Positions 36,577 to 46,648 of a stretch of DNA of 64,000 bases are shown here, piece by piece. The position numbers were made by a program, and so were the translations under genes. The stretch's first letter is position 1. Each line of letters opens with the position of its first letter. Origin of the DNA: Candidatus Latescibacterota bacterium. Lineage in GTDB: Bacteria > Latescibacterota > UBA2968 > UBA8231. Where the stretch lies: contig CBDETY010000003.1 in the NCBI GenBank assembly GCA_965243025.1, positions 4,832,001 through 4,896,000 on the forward strand, read 5' to 3'. The notes under the pieces were generated by a model. The model saw only the letters and a program-made list of their open reading frames with translations, made no database searches and was not told where the DNA came from.

Positions 36577-37464
36577 TCACCCTGCGTCCCGGCGATGGCC
36601 GACGAATCCCCTGGGGTTCTCGAAGGCGTCCACCCAGCGCTCGCACCAACGGTCGTAATTCCGCTGCACGCTGTCCGGGTCGCAGGCGCTGCGCACGACG
36701 AACGCCGGGTGTCCGGTTCTCCCGGTGTGCTGCCCGCTTGTCTGGTAGCGCAGGTCGATCGACCAGCGGCAGCGGTCGGAACGGTTGGGCATCGAGCGGT
36801 GGGGTATGAAGCGGTGCATGAAGATGACGTCGCCGCGGCGGCACTCGAGGTCGACGGGATCCCCGGCCGGAATCTCGCCGGGGACGACGGTGGTCCCGAA
36901 ATCGGCGTGATGCCTGAGGTAGCCGATCCTGTTGACGCCGGGGAGCACCTGCAGGCAACCCATCTCCCTGGTCGCATCTCCGAGGGGCAGCCAGCAGGTG
37001 ACGATGTTGGTCTCCTCGGCCTCCTCCATCATCACGCCGGCGTCCTGGTGCCAGGGCACCACGTTAAAGCGGTCGGTTCCCTCTCCGTCAGCTGCAGGCG
37101 GTTTGGGGCGAATGTGCTGGATCGGGCTGCAGGTGATCTCCGGTCCGACGATCGACTCGACGGCGTCGAGCAGGTTGTCGTTGAACAGGAACCCGAACAT
37201 CGCCGGTCCGCGGCGGTGCATGATGTCCATGCCCTGGGCGACCTCCCCGCACTGCCGAGCCAGCAGGCCGAAGCGCCTGTCGAACGGCTCCTCCTCGTGC
37301 AACTGCTCGATCTTGCCGGCGATACGCAGCTCGCGCGCCCTGGAATCGATGAACCCGGATATCTCGTCGATGACCGGCTGCAGGTCGTCCCGTTCGAGGA
37401 TTCCCCGGGCGACCACAACGCCCCGGTCGTCGTATTCGGCATGCTGTTCAGGGGTCAGGCTCAT
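36577..37464 (-). CDS. PhyH-family Fe(II)/2OG dioxygenase
   Basis: PWHQDAG, WLPL, GDVIFMH...H and RWSIDLRY motifs. Confidence 0.87.
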   Translation of the reverse strand: MSLTPEQHAEYDDRGVVVARGILERDDLQPVIDEISGFIDSRARELRIAGKIEQLHEEEPFDRRFGLLARQCGEVAQGMDIMHRRGPAMFGFLFNDNLLDAVESIVGPEITCSPIQHIRPKPPAADGEGTDRFNVVPWHQDAGVMMEEAEETNIVTCWLPLGDATREMGCLQVLPGVNRIGYLRHHADFGTTVVPGEIPAGDPVDLECRRGDVIFMHRFIPHRSMPNRSDRCRWSIDLRYQTSGQHTGRTGHPAFVVRSACDPDSVQRNYDRWCERWVDAFENPRGFVGHRRDAG

Positions 37465-37560
37465 CTCTTCCCTCGCGGTAAACGGTCGCTACGCCGTCGT
37501 CATTTCCCGTAAATATACGTACCGCAGAAGATCGCAAATCGCACTCACCGGAGACCTGCC

Positions 37561-38484
37561 GTGGCCCGCACCCCCGAAGTACTCGCCGATGGACTGTTCT
37601 TTCCCGAAGGACCGCGCTGGCGCACCGCCGGCATGCTGCCCCCGGCCGCCGCCGCCAGCGCCGGCGAAGGACGGCTGTTCTACTCCGACATCCTCGGAAA
37701 AAAGGTGATGAGCCTCGGCCTCGACGGAAGCCTCGAAGAGATCGCCGCGGTCCCCGGGATGCCCTCCGGCCTCGGGTGGCTTCCCGACGGAACCCTGGCC
37801 GTCGTCTCGGTAATGGACGGAAAGCTGATGGCGTTGCGCGGCGGCAGGCTCGAGGAGATCGCCGACATGATGGCGGTCACAGGCAACCTCTGCAACGACA
37901 TGGTGGTCGACGCCGGGGGGCGCGCCTACATCGGCAGCCCCGCGGGCGGCTGGGACGAGTCGAAGATCCCCAACCCGGGCAACATGCAGGGGTTCGGACA
38001 CGTGGTCCTCGTCCGGCAGGAGGGCGACCGCTTCGAATCCCGCATCGTCGCCGACCGCGTCACCTGCCCCAACGGCCCCTGTATCACCCCGGACGGCAAG
38101 ACCCTCGTCTTCGCCGAGTCGCTGGGGTTCCGCCTCACCGCCTTCGACATCGCCGAAGACGGCTCGCTCGAAAACCGGAGGCCCTGGGCAGATCTCGGCG
38201 CCCCGCCCGACGGCATCTGCATGGACGAGGAGGGATGCGTCTGGGTGGCCCTCTGCTACTTCGAATTCGGCGGCCCGGGGGGTTACGTTCGGGTCCGGGA
38301 AGGGGGCGAGATCGCAGACCGCATCGACGTCGAGGGGTACAGCGCCTACGCCTGTACCCTCGGAGGCCCGGAGATGAGGACGCTGTTTCTGTGCGAGTCG
38401 AAGGTGTTGGGGCAGGAGCGCTTTGCGGGCGACGGCCGCATCCGCGCGGTCGAGGTCGACGTCCCCGGCTCCGGTTCTCCCTGA
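37561..38484 (+). CDS. SMP-30/gluconolactonase family protein
   Basis: FPEGPRW, NDMVVD, PNG and PDGIC motifs. Confidence 0.87.
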   Translation: MARTPEVLADGLFFPEGPRWRTAGMLPPAAAASAGEGRLFYSDILGKKVMSLGLDGSLEEIAAVPGMPSGLGWLPDGTLAVVSVMDGKLMALRGGRLEEIADMMAVTGNLCNDMVVDAGGRAYIGSPAGGWDESKIPNPGNMQGFGHVVLVRQEGDRFESRIVADRVTCPNGPCITPDGKTLVFAESLGFRLTAFDIAEDGSLENRRPWADLGAPPDGICMDEEGCVWVALCYFEFGGPGGYVRVREGGEIADRIDVEGYSAYACTLGGPEMRTLFLCESKVLGQERFAGDGRIRAVEVDVPGSGSP

Positions 38485-38545
38485 TTCGTTGTTTCGACCG
38501 CGGCTGACTTGTCCAAGGCATCCGGAGGTGGGGGCGGCGGACCAC

Positions 38546-38911
38546 TCAACCGCCGGCCCTCCTGGCCTCGAACCCCTCTTCCTCGAGGACGCGCACCACG
38601 GCGTCGCGGTGCTCTCCCTGAATCTCGATCACCCCGTCCCTGACGGTACCGCCGGCTCCGCAGCGGGCTTTGAGCCGCTTCGCCAGTTCCCGCAGCTCAT
38701 CCTTCCCGAGGGGCAGGCCGGTGACGACGGTCACTCCCTTCCCCTTGCGTCCCCTGGTCTCGCGCCCGACGCGCACGATTCCGTCCCCTTTCGGTGCCTT
38801 CGATTTCCCTGTGGGGCAGCTGCACCCGGCGGCCGGCCGGCCGCACCCGGGACAGACGCGGCCGTGCTCGCTCGAGTAGACCAGCGACGCGTTGCGCTGC
38901 CTGCGCCTCAT
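38546..38911 (-). CDS. yciH: Translation initiation factor SUI1/YciH
   Basis: LVYSSE, GRKGKGVT, LKARCGAGG and IEIQGEHR motifs; ATGA overlap at 38911. Confidence 0.88.
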   Translation of the reverse strand: MRRRQRNASLVYSSEHGRVCPGCGRPAAGCSCPTGKSKAPKGDGIVRVGRETRGRKGKGVTVVTGLPLGKDELRELAKRLKARCGAGGTVRDGVIEIQGEHRDAVVRVLEEEGFEARRAGG

Positions 38912-40137
38912 GCGGCCACCCACATGTCCCGCGTGACCGCCTCCTCCGAGGTCAGCACCTCGGCCCCGGAAGCGGTCACCAGTACGACGTCTTCGAGGCC
39001 GAACTTCTCGCTCGCCTCCCAGAAAGGAAACACGCCGTCGAGAGTGACAAACGGCTCCACGCAGAGCACCATGTTCTCCTCCAGTGTCGCGGTGTCGGTT
39101 GCGGAAAGTCCCGGCTGCTCGTGCAGGTCGAGGCCGAGCCCGTGCCCTATCGCCGACCAGCCCGAGCGCAGGCACCACTCGGAAAAAGGGCGGTATCCGG
39201 CGCGGTTGTTGACCTCGAAGGCGGCATGCAGGAGGGCGTTGATCTCGACTCCCGGCTTCACCATGTCGATCGCGGCCTCCAGGCCGGCCCTGGCCAGGTC
39301 GAAGTGGCGGCGCTGATCCGCCCGCGGCTCGCCCACGGCGGCCATCCTCTTGAAATCGCACCAGTAGCCCTCGTACACGCAGCCGCCGTCGAACTGCACG
39401 AGGTCCCCTGGCTGTATCGCGTAGTCGGTCGGCATGCCGTCGGCCCACATGGCGCGCGGGCCGGCGTAGAGGGCGTTGAAGCGCTGCTCGCTGGCCCCGG
39501 CCGCGCACATGGCCGAGGTCATTACGTCGGCCACCTGCTTTTCGGTCATGCCCGACCGCAGCTGTTCGAAACCGGCCTTCACTCCCTCGGCGGAGATCTC
39601 CGCTGCCTTGCGCAGGCGCGCGGTCTCGGCTTCCGACTTGACGCTGCGAACCGACCAGACCGCGTCGCTGCCGTCGACGACCCGCGCCCCCGGCAGCCCC
39701 GCCAGGATTCCCGCAAAGTGCTCGTGGCCCATGTGCGGCTGCATGTCGGAGCTCAATTCCATGCCGAGCACACCGCGTTCCAGGGCTTTATCGCGCAGGA
39801 CATCCAGGATCAGGGGCGTTCCCGCGAAGTCCTTCGACATGTAGAACTCCCTGGACAGCGGCCAGTGGCGCACGTCTTCGATCCAGCACTGCTTCACCAG
39901 GTGCTGAAAGCCGTCGGAGGCCAGGAGCACCGGCTCCCCCTCGGCTGGCAGAACCGCCGGGAAGTAGAAATGGCGGGCGTCCCAGGCGCCGTCCCGCAGT
40001 CCGGCGAAGTAGCGCAGGTTGGATCGCCCGGTCAGCAACAGGCCGTCCAGTCCGCGACGCTTCAGGGCTTCCTGCATGCGTGTGTATCTCTCGACGTACT
40101 CCCGCCTTGGGAAATCCGCAAACGCCAAAGGTTTCAT
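38908..40137 (-). CDS. Xaa-Pro peptidase (M24) family protein
   Basis: RSVKSEAE, D...GYWCD, GHGLGLDLHEQP, EP and LEDVVLVT motifs; probable start at 40137. Confidence 0.87.
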   Translation of the reverse strand: MKPLAFADFPRREYVERYTRMQEALKRRGLDGLLLTGRSNLRYFAGLRDGAWDARHFYFPAVLPAEGEPVLLASDGFQHLVKQCWIEDVRHWPLSREFYMSKDFAGTPLILDVLRDKALERGVLGMELSSDMQPHMGHEHFAGILAGLPGARVVDGSDAVWSVRSVKSEAETARLRKAAEISAEGVKAGFEQLRSGMTEKQVADVMTSAMCAAGASEQRFNALYAGPRAMWADGMPTDYAIQPGDLVQFDGGCVYEGYWCDFKRMAAVGEPRADQRRHFDLARAGLEAAIDMVKPGVEINALLHAAFEVNNRAGYRPFSEWCLRSGWSAIGHGLGLDLHEQPGLSATDTATLEENMVLCVEPFVTLDGVFPFWEASEKFGLEDVVLVTASGAEVLTSEEAVTRDMWVAA

Positions 40138-40262
40138 CGGCTGCCTATCCGGCTGTTTATTCGGGATTTGCGCAAACTCCACCTCACCAATACTCTTGTG
40201 CGGCCGCAGCGACTCGAACCATACCTGCGCCGTATCCGCAGACTCGCCCCGGGAGGCAAGCG

Positions 40263-40766
40263 ATGGACTTCAACAAAGTTTCCACCCAGATACTGGAGCC
40301 CGACAGGAAGCTGGCGGCAATCGTCGGAGATACTCCTCGAACTCGCGGCGAGATCATTCGAAAATTCTGGGATTACATCAACGAGCGCGGGCTGCAGGAC
40401 ACGGACCGGCGCATGATCAACGCCGACAAGGAGCTGCAGTTGGTGCTGGGGGGCAAGAAACAGGTCAACATATTTCAGGTCGCGAGCCTGGTGAGCAAGC
40501 ACCTGAAAAAACCCAGGCCCAAGACAGACGGGGCCCAGAAACCGAAGAAACCGGCCAGGCCGGCGACAGCGAAAAAAGCCCCGAAACCATCCGAGGCGGT
40601 AAAGAAACCGGCGCCTCAGAAACAAAAAGAGGTAAAAGCCGTTTCCAAAAAACCAATAGTCGAGAAATCCAAGCCCGGAAAAGCCGCGCCCCCGAAAAAG
40701 GCCGGCGAAAAAAAACCGGCCGAACGTGCGGCACCCGAACCGGCCACCAAAAAACCGACTGCCTGA
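40263..40766 (+). CDS. SWIB/MDM2-domain protein with Lys/Pro/Ala-rich tail
   Basis: LAAIVG...RGEIIRKFWDYI...LQD...RMINAD...SKHL followed by KKP/KKA repeats; GGGAGG RBS. Confidence 0.85.
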   Translation: MDFNKVSTQILEPDRKLAAIVGDTPRTRGEIIRKFWDYINERGLQDTDRRMINADKELQLVLGGKKQVNIFQVASLVSKHLKKPRPKTDGAQKPKKPARPATAKKAPKPSEAVKKPAPQKQKEVKAVSKKPIVEKSKPGKAAPPKKAGEKKPAERAAPEPATKKPTA

Positions 40767-40895
40767 ATACGGCCACCAGAAAAAACCCCGGGCGGATGCA
40801 CCTTCGGGAAACCACAGAGACAACGAAGCCGGCGGCCTCGCCACGACCGCCGGCTCGAGACTTCGCGTCATCTCTCAGGCACCGGGGGCTTATGC

Positions 40896-41819
40896 TCAGG
40901 CCGCCGGTCCGTCGAGCGGCGGCAGTCCCAGCGCCCGCACCGCCCAGGGCAGCGACGTGCCGAGCTGTTGCCGCTGCACCTGGCGCACCCGGGGCGCCGT
41001 CGGGATGACCGGCTTGCCGGCCCGGCTTGCGAAATAGCCGCTGATCACCGCCGCCAGCGGCCCCCGGCCGGGCAGGATCTCTTCGGGGGCCGGTCCGCCC
41101 TCGGCATGCAGGCTCGGCGCCCATCCGGCGAGGTCGAGGTCCGGGTGGGCGAGACAGGCATGGTTCCAGTCCACCAGCACCGCCCTCCCGTCGCGAATAC
41201 AGAGGTTGTCGCTGCGCACGTCCAGGTGAGTGGGGAACGAGCCTTGGATCACCGCTTCGTCCGCGGCCGCGGCGAGTACCGGGGCGCTGTCCCGGAGCCA
41301 GCGACCGGTCGCCAGACCGAGGGACAGAAACGGCGCAGGTTCCTCGGCGACGCCGTGCCAGCATCCGGCAAGGCCCGAACCGGCAGAGTCCAGGGGGGAC
41401 AGGTGGCGGGAATCCGCCGCTTGCAGACGCGCGAACGCTTCGAAAACCCGGTCCACCTTCCCTGCATCCCACGGGGGAGGCCAGAAGCAGCCGCTCAGGT
41501 CCTCCAGCAACAGCAGGGGCCGTTCGCCGTCGTCCCACCCCTGCAGCTCCGGCATGAAATCCCCGTCGAGAGCGCCATACGCCCGGTGTTCCTGCCGCAG
41601 CCACCCCGCCGTCAGGGGATCGACGCCGATCTTGGCGAACGCACCGGGGCCGCCCTCGAAGTCCACCACCCAGCGCTCGGCCGCGGTGTAACCCCCGGCA
41701 GCGCGGCGAAACCGGATGGGCCTCCGGCCCGTCAGCCCGCCGATGCGGGCGACATCTTCACGACGCGGACCTTCCAAAATACAGTTCTCCTTCGTCACAA
41801 CAGTACCACGTCCAGGCAC
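40896..41819 (-). CDS. Aminoglycoside phosphotransferase-family kinase
   Basis: GGY, FAK, LLEDL, HLDVRSDN and VDW motifs. Start uncertain (possibly 41798). Confidence 0.75.
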   Translation of the reverse strand: MPGRGTVVTKENCILEGPRREDVARIGGLTGRRPIRFRRAAGGYTAAERWVVDFEGGPGAFAKIGVDPLTAGWLRQEHRAYGALDGDFMPELQGWDDGERPLLLLEDLSGCFWPPPWDAGKVDRVFEAFARLQAADSRHLSPLDSAGSGLAGCWHGVAEEPAPFLSLGLATGRWLRDSAPVLAAAADEAVIQGSFPTHLDVRSDNLCIRDGRAVLVDWNHACLAHPDLDLAGWAPSLHAEGGPAPEEILPGRGPLAAVISGYFASRAGKPVIPTAPRVRQVQRQQLGTSLPWAVRALGLPPLDGPAA

Positions 41820-41951
41820 CCGGGCAGCGGCCGGCGGCGGTAAATGCAGGTGGACCAGGTCCTCGGCTGAATTCGGCGTTGTCCGCCATGGTCCGCCGGT
41901 TTTACTTGGTTCAAACCGCTGCTGGACGAACCCCCTTTTCCTGGAGAAACC

Positions 41952-43334
41952 ATGTCACCATCAGGCGACTTCCTTCAGTCCTACGCCGAGGCGCGAAAGC
42001 AGTCTGCAGCCCTGTACGCCCGCGCCGCCGACGCGCTGGGTGGCGCGGTCGGTCACGACGTCCGCCACTTCGAGCCGGTTCCCATGTACGTCGCCCGCGG
42101 CGAGGGGGGCCGCAAGTGGGACGTCGACGGCAACGAGTACATCGACTTTCTGATGGGCAACGGCGCCCTGCTTCTCGGACACTCGCCTGCGGCCATAGTC
42201 GAGGCGGTTCAGCAGGCCCTGGCCGACGGCACCCACTTCGGCAACGACCACCCGCTGCACGTGGAGTGGGGGGAAATCGTCAGGCAGCTCGTTCCCTCGG
42301 CCGACAAGGTGCGGTTCGTCAACTCCGGCACGGAGGCGACGCTGCTCGCCCTGCGACTCGCCCGGGCGTTCACCGGGAAGAACAAGGTGCTCCGCTTCGA
42401 GGGCCACTTCCACGGCTGGCACGACGGCGTCGTCCACGGGTTCCAGCCGCCGTTCGACGCCGACGGCTCTCTCGGGGTGCCGCCCGAGGTCTGGCGCAGC
42501 TTCGTCACGGCGCCGGCCAACGACCTCGACCTGACCGGCGACATCCTCGCCGGGGACGGCGACATCGCCGCTGCCATCATCGAGCCGTCGGGGGCCTCGT
42601 GGGGGCGCATCCCCACCGAGCCGGAGTTCCTCCACGGTCTGCGCGCCCTGACGTCGAAACGGGAGGTGCTGCTGATTTTCGATGAAGTGGTCACCGGTTT
42701 CCGCCTCGCCCCGGGGGGCGCCGGGCAGTACTACGGCATCACTCCGGACCTGTCCTGCTTCGCCAAGATCCTCGCCGGGGGAATGCCCGGCGGCGCCGTG
42801 ACCGGGGGCGAGGAGATCATGTCGCTGTTCGATTTCACCGGCGACGCCGAGCGCGACCGCCACCGGCGCGTCGTCCACTTCGGAACCTTCAACGCCTCGC
42901 CGCTTTCGGCCGCCGCGGGCATCGCCTGCCTGCAACAGGTGGCTGCGGGAGAGCCAATACGAAAGGCGGACCGCCTGGCGGCGCAGCTGCGGGCCGGTTT
43001 CGAGGAGGTCCTCGAGCGCCACGGCATCGCCGGCTACGTCTACGGCATCAGCTCGACATTCCACGTCTTCTTCGAGACCGACGCCGCGGTTGCCGCCGCG
43101 GCGGGGAAACGGGACGACCTGCGCACCAACGACCCGCGCAAGCTCAAGGGAATGCCCGGTGAGCTGATCAACAGCTACCAGCGCCATCTGCGCTACCATG
43201 GCGTCGACAACATGAGCTCGACGGGGGGCGTGCTCTCGTCGGCGCACAGCGGCCGCGATCTCGAGGAGGCGACCGCCGCCTTCGAAAAGACCGTCCTGGC
43301 GCTGGCGGCGGAGGGGCTGATTCTCAGGCTTTAG
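41952..43334 (+). CDS. Class III PLP aminotransferase (GSA-aminomutase-like)
   Basis: WDVDGNEYID, NSGTEA, FDEVVTGFR, FAKILAGG and GTFN motifs. Confidence 0.87.
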   Translation: MSPSGDFLQSYAEARKQSAALYARAADALGGAVGHDVRHFEPVPMYVARGEGGRKWDVDGNEYIDFLMGNGALLLGHSPAAIVEAVQQALADGTHFGNDHPLHVEWGEIVRQLVPSADKVRFVNSGTEATLLALRLARAFTGKNKVLRFEGHFHGWHDGVVHGFQPPFDADGSLGVPPEVWRSFVTAPANDLDLTGDILAGDGDIAAAIIEPSGASWGRIPTEPEFLHGLRALTSKREVLLIFDEVVTGFRLAPGGAGQYYGITPDLSCFAKILAGGMPGGAVTGGEEIMSLFDFTGDAERDRHRRVVHFGTFNASPLSAAAGIACLQQVAAGEPIRKADRLAAQLRAGFEEVLERHGIAGYVYGISSTFHVFFETDAAVAAAAGKRDDLRTNDPRKLKGMPGELINSYQRHLRYHGVDNMSSTGGVLSSAHSGRDLEEATAAFEKTVLALAAEGLILRL

Positions 43335-43563
43335 CTGCCCCCTGAAAGTTCATCCGGGCTGCGGCTTGCCCTGGGCGGCCGAGACCCCTTCGGGCTGGTG
43401 TCGAGAACGGCTTTGCCGTTCCCTGAAACGCTCGACAGACCGTTCAGCAGCCGGCGTTGCGCTCCGTCCCGAAGTCCTCTGCGATTCTACTCGGCCGCAC
43501 ACCTTCTCTTCGACCGCCTGACCCGGTCCTGCCTTCAGGACAGCTGTATCAAGGGGGTTGTCA
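43333..43563. mobile_element. MITE-like structured repeat, type B copy 1 (degenerate)
   Basis: Begins at a TAG stop. Shares long blocks with the reverse complement of 58660-58947 (CATCCGGGCTG, ACCCTTCGGG.TGGTGT, GAACGGCTTTGCCGTT.CCTGAAACGCTCGA, CGGCGTTGCGCTCC). Confidence 0.75.
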
Positions 43564-43573
43564 GGCCCTGCCC

Positions 43574-44581
43574 TTACGGGTTCCAGACCCGCTCGAACAG
43601 GCTCATCCAGTTACCGCCCAGCAGCCTGGCGATGTCCTCGCCGCCGTACCCCCGGTTCGCCAGCGCCTCGGCGAGGTTGGGGAACTCCGCCGGGCTGTCG
43701 ATCCCCTTCGGCTGAAAGCTCAGCTCGGTGTACGGGATCGAGCCGTCGGCGAAGGTCGAGGGGAACTTCGTCCCCTGCTGCGAGGAGATGTAATGCCAGA
43801 ACTCCAGGGGCTGGTCGTGGGTGGAGTCGGTGCCGATGGCCACGTGGTCGATGCCGATCCGCTCGACCATGTCGTCGATGGCATCGACGAAATCCTCGAC
43901 CGTCGAGTCGAACCCCTTCGGGAGGAAGTTGGCGAAGGACGTGGCGCCGACGACGCCCCCCTTTTCGGCGAGGGCGACGAGGGCCTCTTCCTCCTTGTTG
44001 CGCCGGTGGCCGCAGAAGGTGCGGGCGTTGGCATGGGTGATGGCGACCGGCTGCTCGGAGACCTCGATGGCGTCCAGCGTCGTCTTCGGGCCGACGTGCG
44101 ACAGGTCGACGACGATCCCGAGCCGGTTCATTTCGCGCACCGCGTCGATGCCGAAGTTGCTGAGGCCGGCGTCGTTCCGCTCCCAGCAGCCGCTGCCGAG
44201 CAGGTTGGTCTCGTGGTAGGTCACCTGGATCACCCGCACCCCGAGGGAGAGGAAGAGCCCGAGGCGGTCGAGGTCGTTCTCTATCGGGGAGGCGTTCTGG
44301 AAACCGAGGATGATCCCGGTCTTGCCGAGCTTCTTGGCGGCGTGGATGTCGGCGGTCTCCTTCACCTGCAGGATGTCCTCGCGCTCGCGAAAGCGCCGCA
44401 TCCAGGCCGACAGGTGGTCCATGGTCTGCAGGAAGTTCTCCCACGTCGCCACCGTGGCGTTGATGGCGGTGATGTTGCCGGCCCGCAGCCGCTCGAACAC
44501 GGCGTCGCTCTCCCAGTTGCTGACGTTGAGACCGTCTATCACGATCGCCTCGTCGTAGATCCGTCTCGCTTCGCTCGCCAT
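43574..44581 (-). CDS. Membrane dipeptidase (M19) family
   Basis: VIDGL, FQN, EMNRLGIVVDLSHVG, HRRNK and IGTD motifs. Confidence 0.87.
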   Translation of the reverse strand: MASEARRIYDEAIVIDGLNVSNWESDAVFERLRAGNITAINATVATWENFLQTMDHLSAWMRRFREREDILQVKETADIHAAKKLGKTGIILGFQNASPIENDLDRLGLFLSLGVRVIQVTYHETNLLGSGCWERNDAGLSNFGIDAVREMNRLGIVVDLSHVGPKTTLDAIEVSEQPVAITHANARTFCGHRRNKEEEALVALAEKGGVVGATSFANFLPKGFDSTVEDFVDAIDDMVERIGIDHVAIGTDSTHDQPLEFWHYISSQQGTKFPSTFADGSIPYTELSFQPKGIDSPAEFPNLAEALANRGYGGEDIARLLGGNWMSLFERVWNP

Positions 44582-45723
44582 CAGTCGGCTCCTTTCTCGA
44601 ACCTCGTTCCGATCCGGAACAGGTCTCCCAGGCGGTTCTCCCTGTCTTCCAGGGCGTCGGCGATCACCGGCCCGATCGAGCCCCCGAACTTGAAGCCGTG
44701 GCCGCAGCCGCAGCCGGCGATCAGCACCCTCTCACACCCCGGGGCCCAGTCAATTACGAACTGTTCGTCCTCCATGTCGGCCATGTTGGTGTAGAGACAG
44801 GAACGGCCCCCGGCCAGCCCGGCCCCGTCGAGGGCGGGGATGCGCGCCGCGACGAACTCCCGCGCCCAGGCGAGGAACTCCGGCGTCGGCTCGCGGGAGA
44901 CATCGACCTCGGTGTCGTCCACCTTGCTGTCCTCTGCCACCTTCACCAACCCCTCGTGCAGGTAAGGGAAGCCGTACCAGAGGTTTCCGGGGGACAGGAT
45001 CGACCACACCGGAAGGCGGCCGCGCTCGAAGGGGGCCGGGTCCTTCGGGTGGAAGAAGGCCATCTGCTGCCTCGTAATGCGCACCCGGGCCGCCATCGCC
45101 GGCAGCAGCTCCCCCACCCAGGGGCCGGCCGCCACCACGGCGCGGTCGCAGTCCCGCGATCCGGTGTCCCACCTTACCCTGGCCCCGGAGGGGGTTTCTT
45201 CGACCGCCGTCACCGGGGTGTTCTCGCGAATCTCCACACCTGCTTCCCGGGCAAGTCCGGCGAGGTCGGCCAGCGCCTGACCGCTGCGCAGGTACCCCGC
45301 CCAGGGATCGAAGAACAGCCGGTCCTCGTCGCTTACCGAGAACTGCGGAAACCGCCGGTTCACCTCTGCCGCGGTCAGCTCGGAGACATCCTTGCCCAGC
45401 CGGCTCAGCGTCTCCCAGCCGGCCAGCGCCTCGTGTTCCGGTCCGAAACCGTTGACGGCGATCAGCTTGCCGGTCTGGAAGTAGATGGAGCCGCTGGTGC
45501 GCTCGTGCCATTCCCGCCACTGGGCGGCCGCCCGCGTCACCAGCTCGACGTAGATCTCGTTCGGGTAGTTGGTGCGCCGGATCACCTTGGAAACATCGGT
45601 GCTCGACGCTTCCGGGTTGGGGATCCCGCCGCGCTCGAACAGGGTCACCCCGTGTCCGCGCCGGCGCAGCTCGAGCGCCGCGGCCATGCCGAAGATTCCC
45701 GCCCCTGCGATGCAGGTTTTCAT
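44581..45723 (-). CDS. FAD-dependent amine oxidase (sarcosine/fructosylamine oxidase-like)
   Basis: GAGIFG, SSTDVSKVIR, AAGPW, CLYT and GHGFKF motifs; TGATG coupling to the dipeptidase. Confidence 0.82.
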   Translation of the reverse strand: MKTCIAGAGIFGMAAALELRRRGHGVTLFERGGIPNPEASSTDVSKVIRRTNYPNEIYVELVTRAAAQWREWHERTSGSIYFQTGKLIAVNGFGPEHEALAGWETLSRLGKDVSELTAAEVNRRFPQFSVSDEDRLFFDPWAGYLRSGQALADLAGLAREAGVEIRENTPVTAVEETPSGARVRWDTGSRDCDRAVVAAGPWVGELLPAMAARVRITRQQMAFFHPKDPAPFERGRLPVWSILSPGNLWYGFPYLHEGLVKVAEDSKVDDTEVDVSREPTPEFLAWAREFVAARIPALDGAGLAGGRSCLYTNMADMEDEQFVIDWAPGCERVLIAGCGCGHGFKFGGSIGPVIADALEDRENRLGDLFRIGTRFEKGAD

Positions 45724-45813
45724 GCTCTCAAGTTCGCCCCTGGCGGCGGCTGGTTCAAACCCCGGTTTCGGCCGGGAACAGGACGGTCCGTGTCATTTGG
45801 CGTCCGGCCAGGC

Positions 45814-46647
45814 TCAGCCCGCCTCTCCCGCGCTGGCGCGCCGGCGCAGCCATTCCACGGCGAACAGCAGCAGCACGGCAAAGAGGATCAGGAACGCAGC
45901 CACCGCCAGGATGGTCGGGCTGATCTGCTCGCGGATGCCGGCCCACATCTGGCGCGGGATGGTGCGCTGCTCGAGGGCGGCCATGAAGAGCACCACCACC
46001 ACTTCGTCAAAGGACGTGGCGAATGCGAAGAGCCCCCCCGAGAACACCCCCGGCGCGATCAGGGGCAACTGCACCCTGCGGAAGGTGCGCAGCGGTCCGG
46101 CCCCCAGGCTGGCGGCCGCCCGCGTCAGGTTCGCGTCGAAGGCGGACAGCGTCGCGGTTACCGTAATCACGACGAACGGCGTGCCCAGCGCCGCGTGCGC
46201 CAGTATCAGGCCGAGGTAGGTCTGTGACAACCCGAGGCTCGAGTAGAAGAAGAACATGCCCGCCGCCGAGATGATGACCGGGGTAACCATCGGCGAGATC
46301 AGCAGTCCCATGACCAGCCGCCGGGCCGGCATGGCGGCGCTCGACAGCCCCAGGGCGGCGAGCGTTCCGAGCGCGGTCGCCAGCCCCGTCGAGGCGACGC
46401 CGATCACCAGGCTGTTGACCAGGGCGCGGGTCCAGGCATCCTCCTCGACGATCTGCCGGTACCAGCGCAGCGAGTAGGCCTCGGAGTCGAGGCGCAGCAT
46501 GCCCTCGGTGAACGTGAAGTAGGGCTCGGCGTTGAAGCTCAACGGCACGATCACCAGGATCGGCGCGACGAGAAAGGCGAACACCGCGGCGCACAACGCC
46601 AGGTACCCGAGCCTGAGCAGGCGCTCCCTGGGTTCCAGTGGGGTCAT
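45814..46647 (-). CDS. ABC permease, PotC-like
   Basis: SLRWY, AAASLGA (EAA loop) and SFDE motifs. Confidence 0.88.
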   Translation of the reverse strand: MTPLEPRERLLRLGYLALCAAVFAFLVAPILVIVPLSFNAEPYFTFTEGMLRLDSEAYSLRWYRQIVEEDAWTRALVNSLVIGVASTGLATALGTLAALGLSSAAMPARRLVMGLLISPMVTPVIISAAGMFFFYSSLGLSQTYLGLILAHAALGTPFVVITVTATLSAFDANLTRAAASLGAGPLRTFRRVQLPLIAPGVFSGGLFAFATSFDEVVVVLFMAALEQRTIPRQMWAGIREQISPTILAVAAFLILFAVLLLFAVEWLRRRASAGEAG

Positions 46648-46648
46648 T

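Noticed and set aside
40896-41819. Antibiotic-resistance gene
   Set aside because: The APH-like fold is shared by many small-molecule kinases; no mobile context or specific similarity supports resistance.
41952-43334. Calling the aminotransferase hemL (and the radical SAM hemN)
   Set aside because: It lacks the PGGVNSPVRAF signature of HemL and there is no heme-pathway context; family-level calls only.
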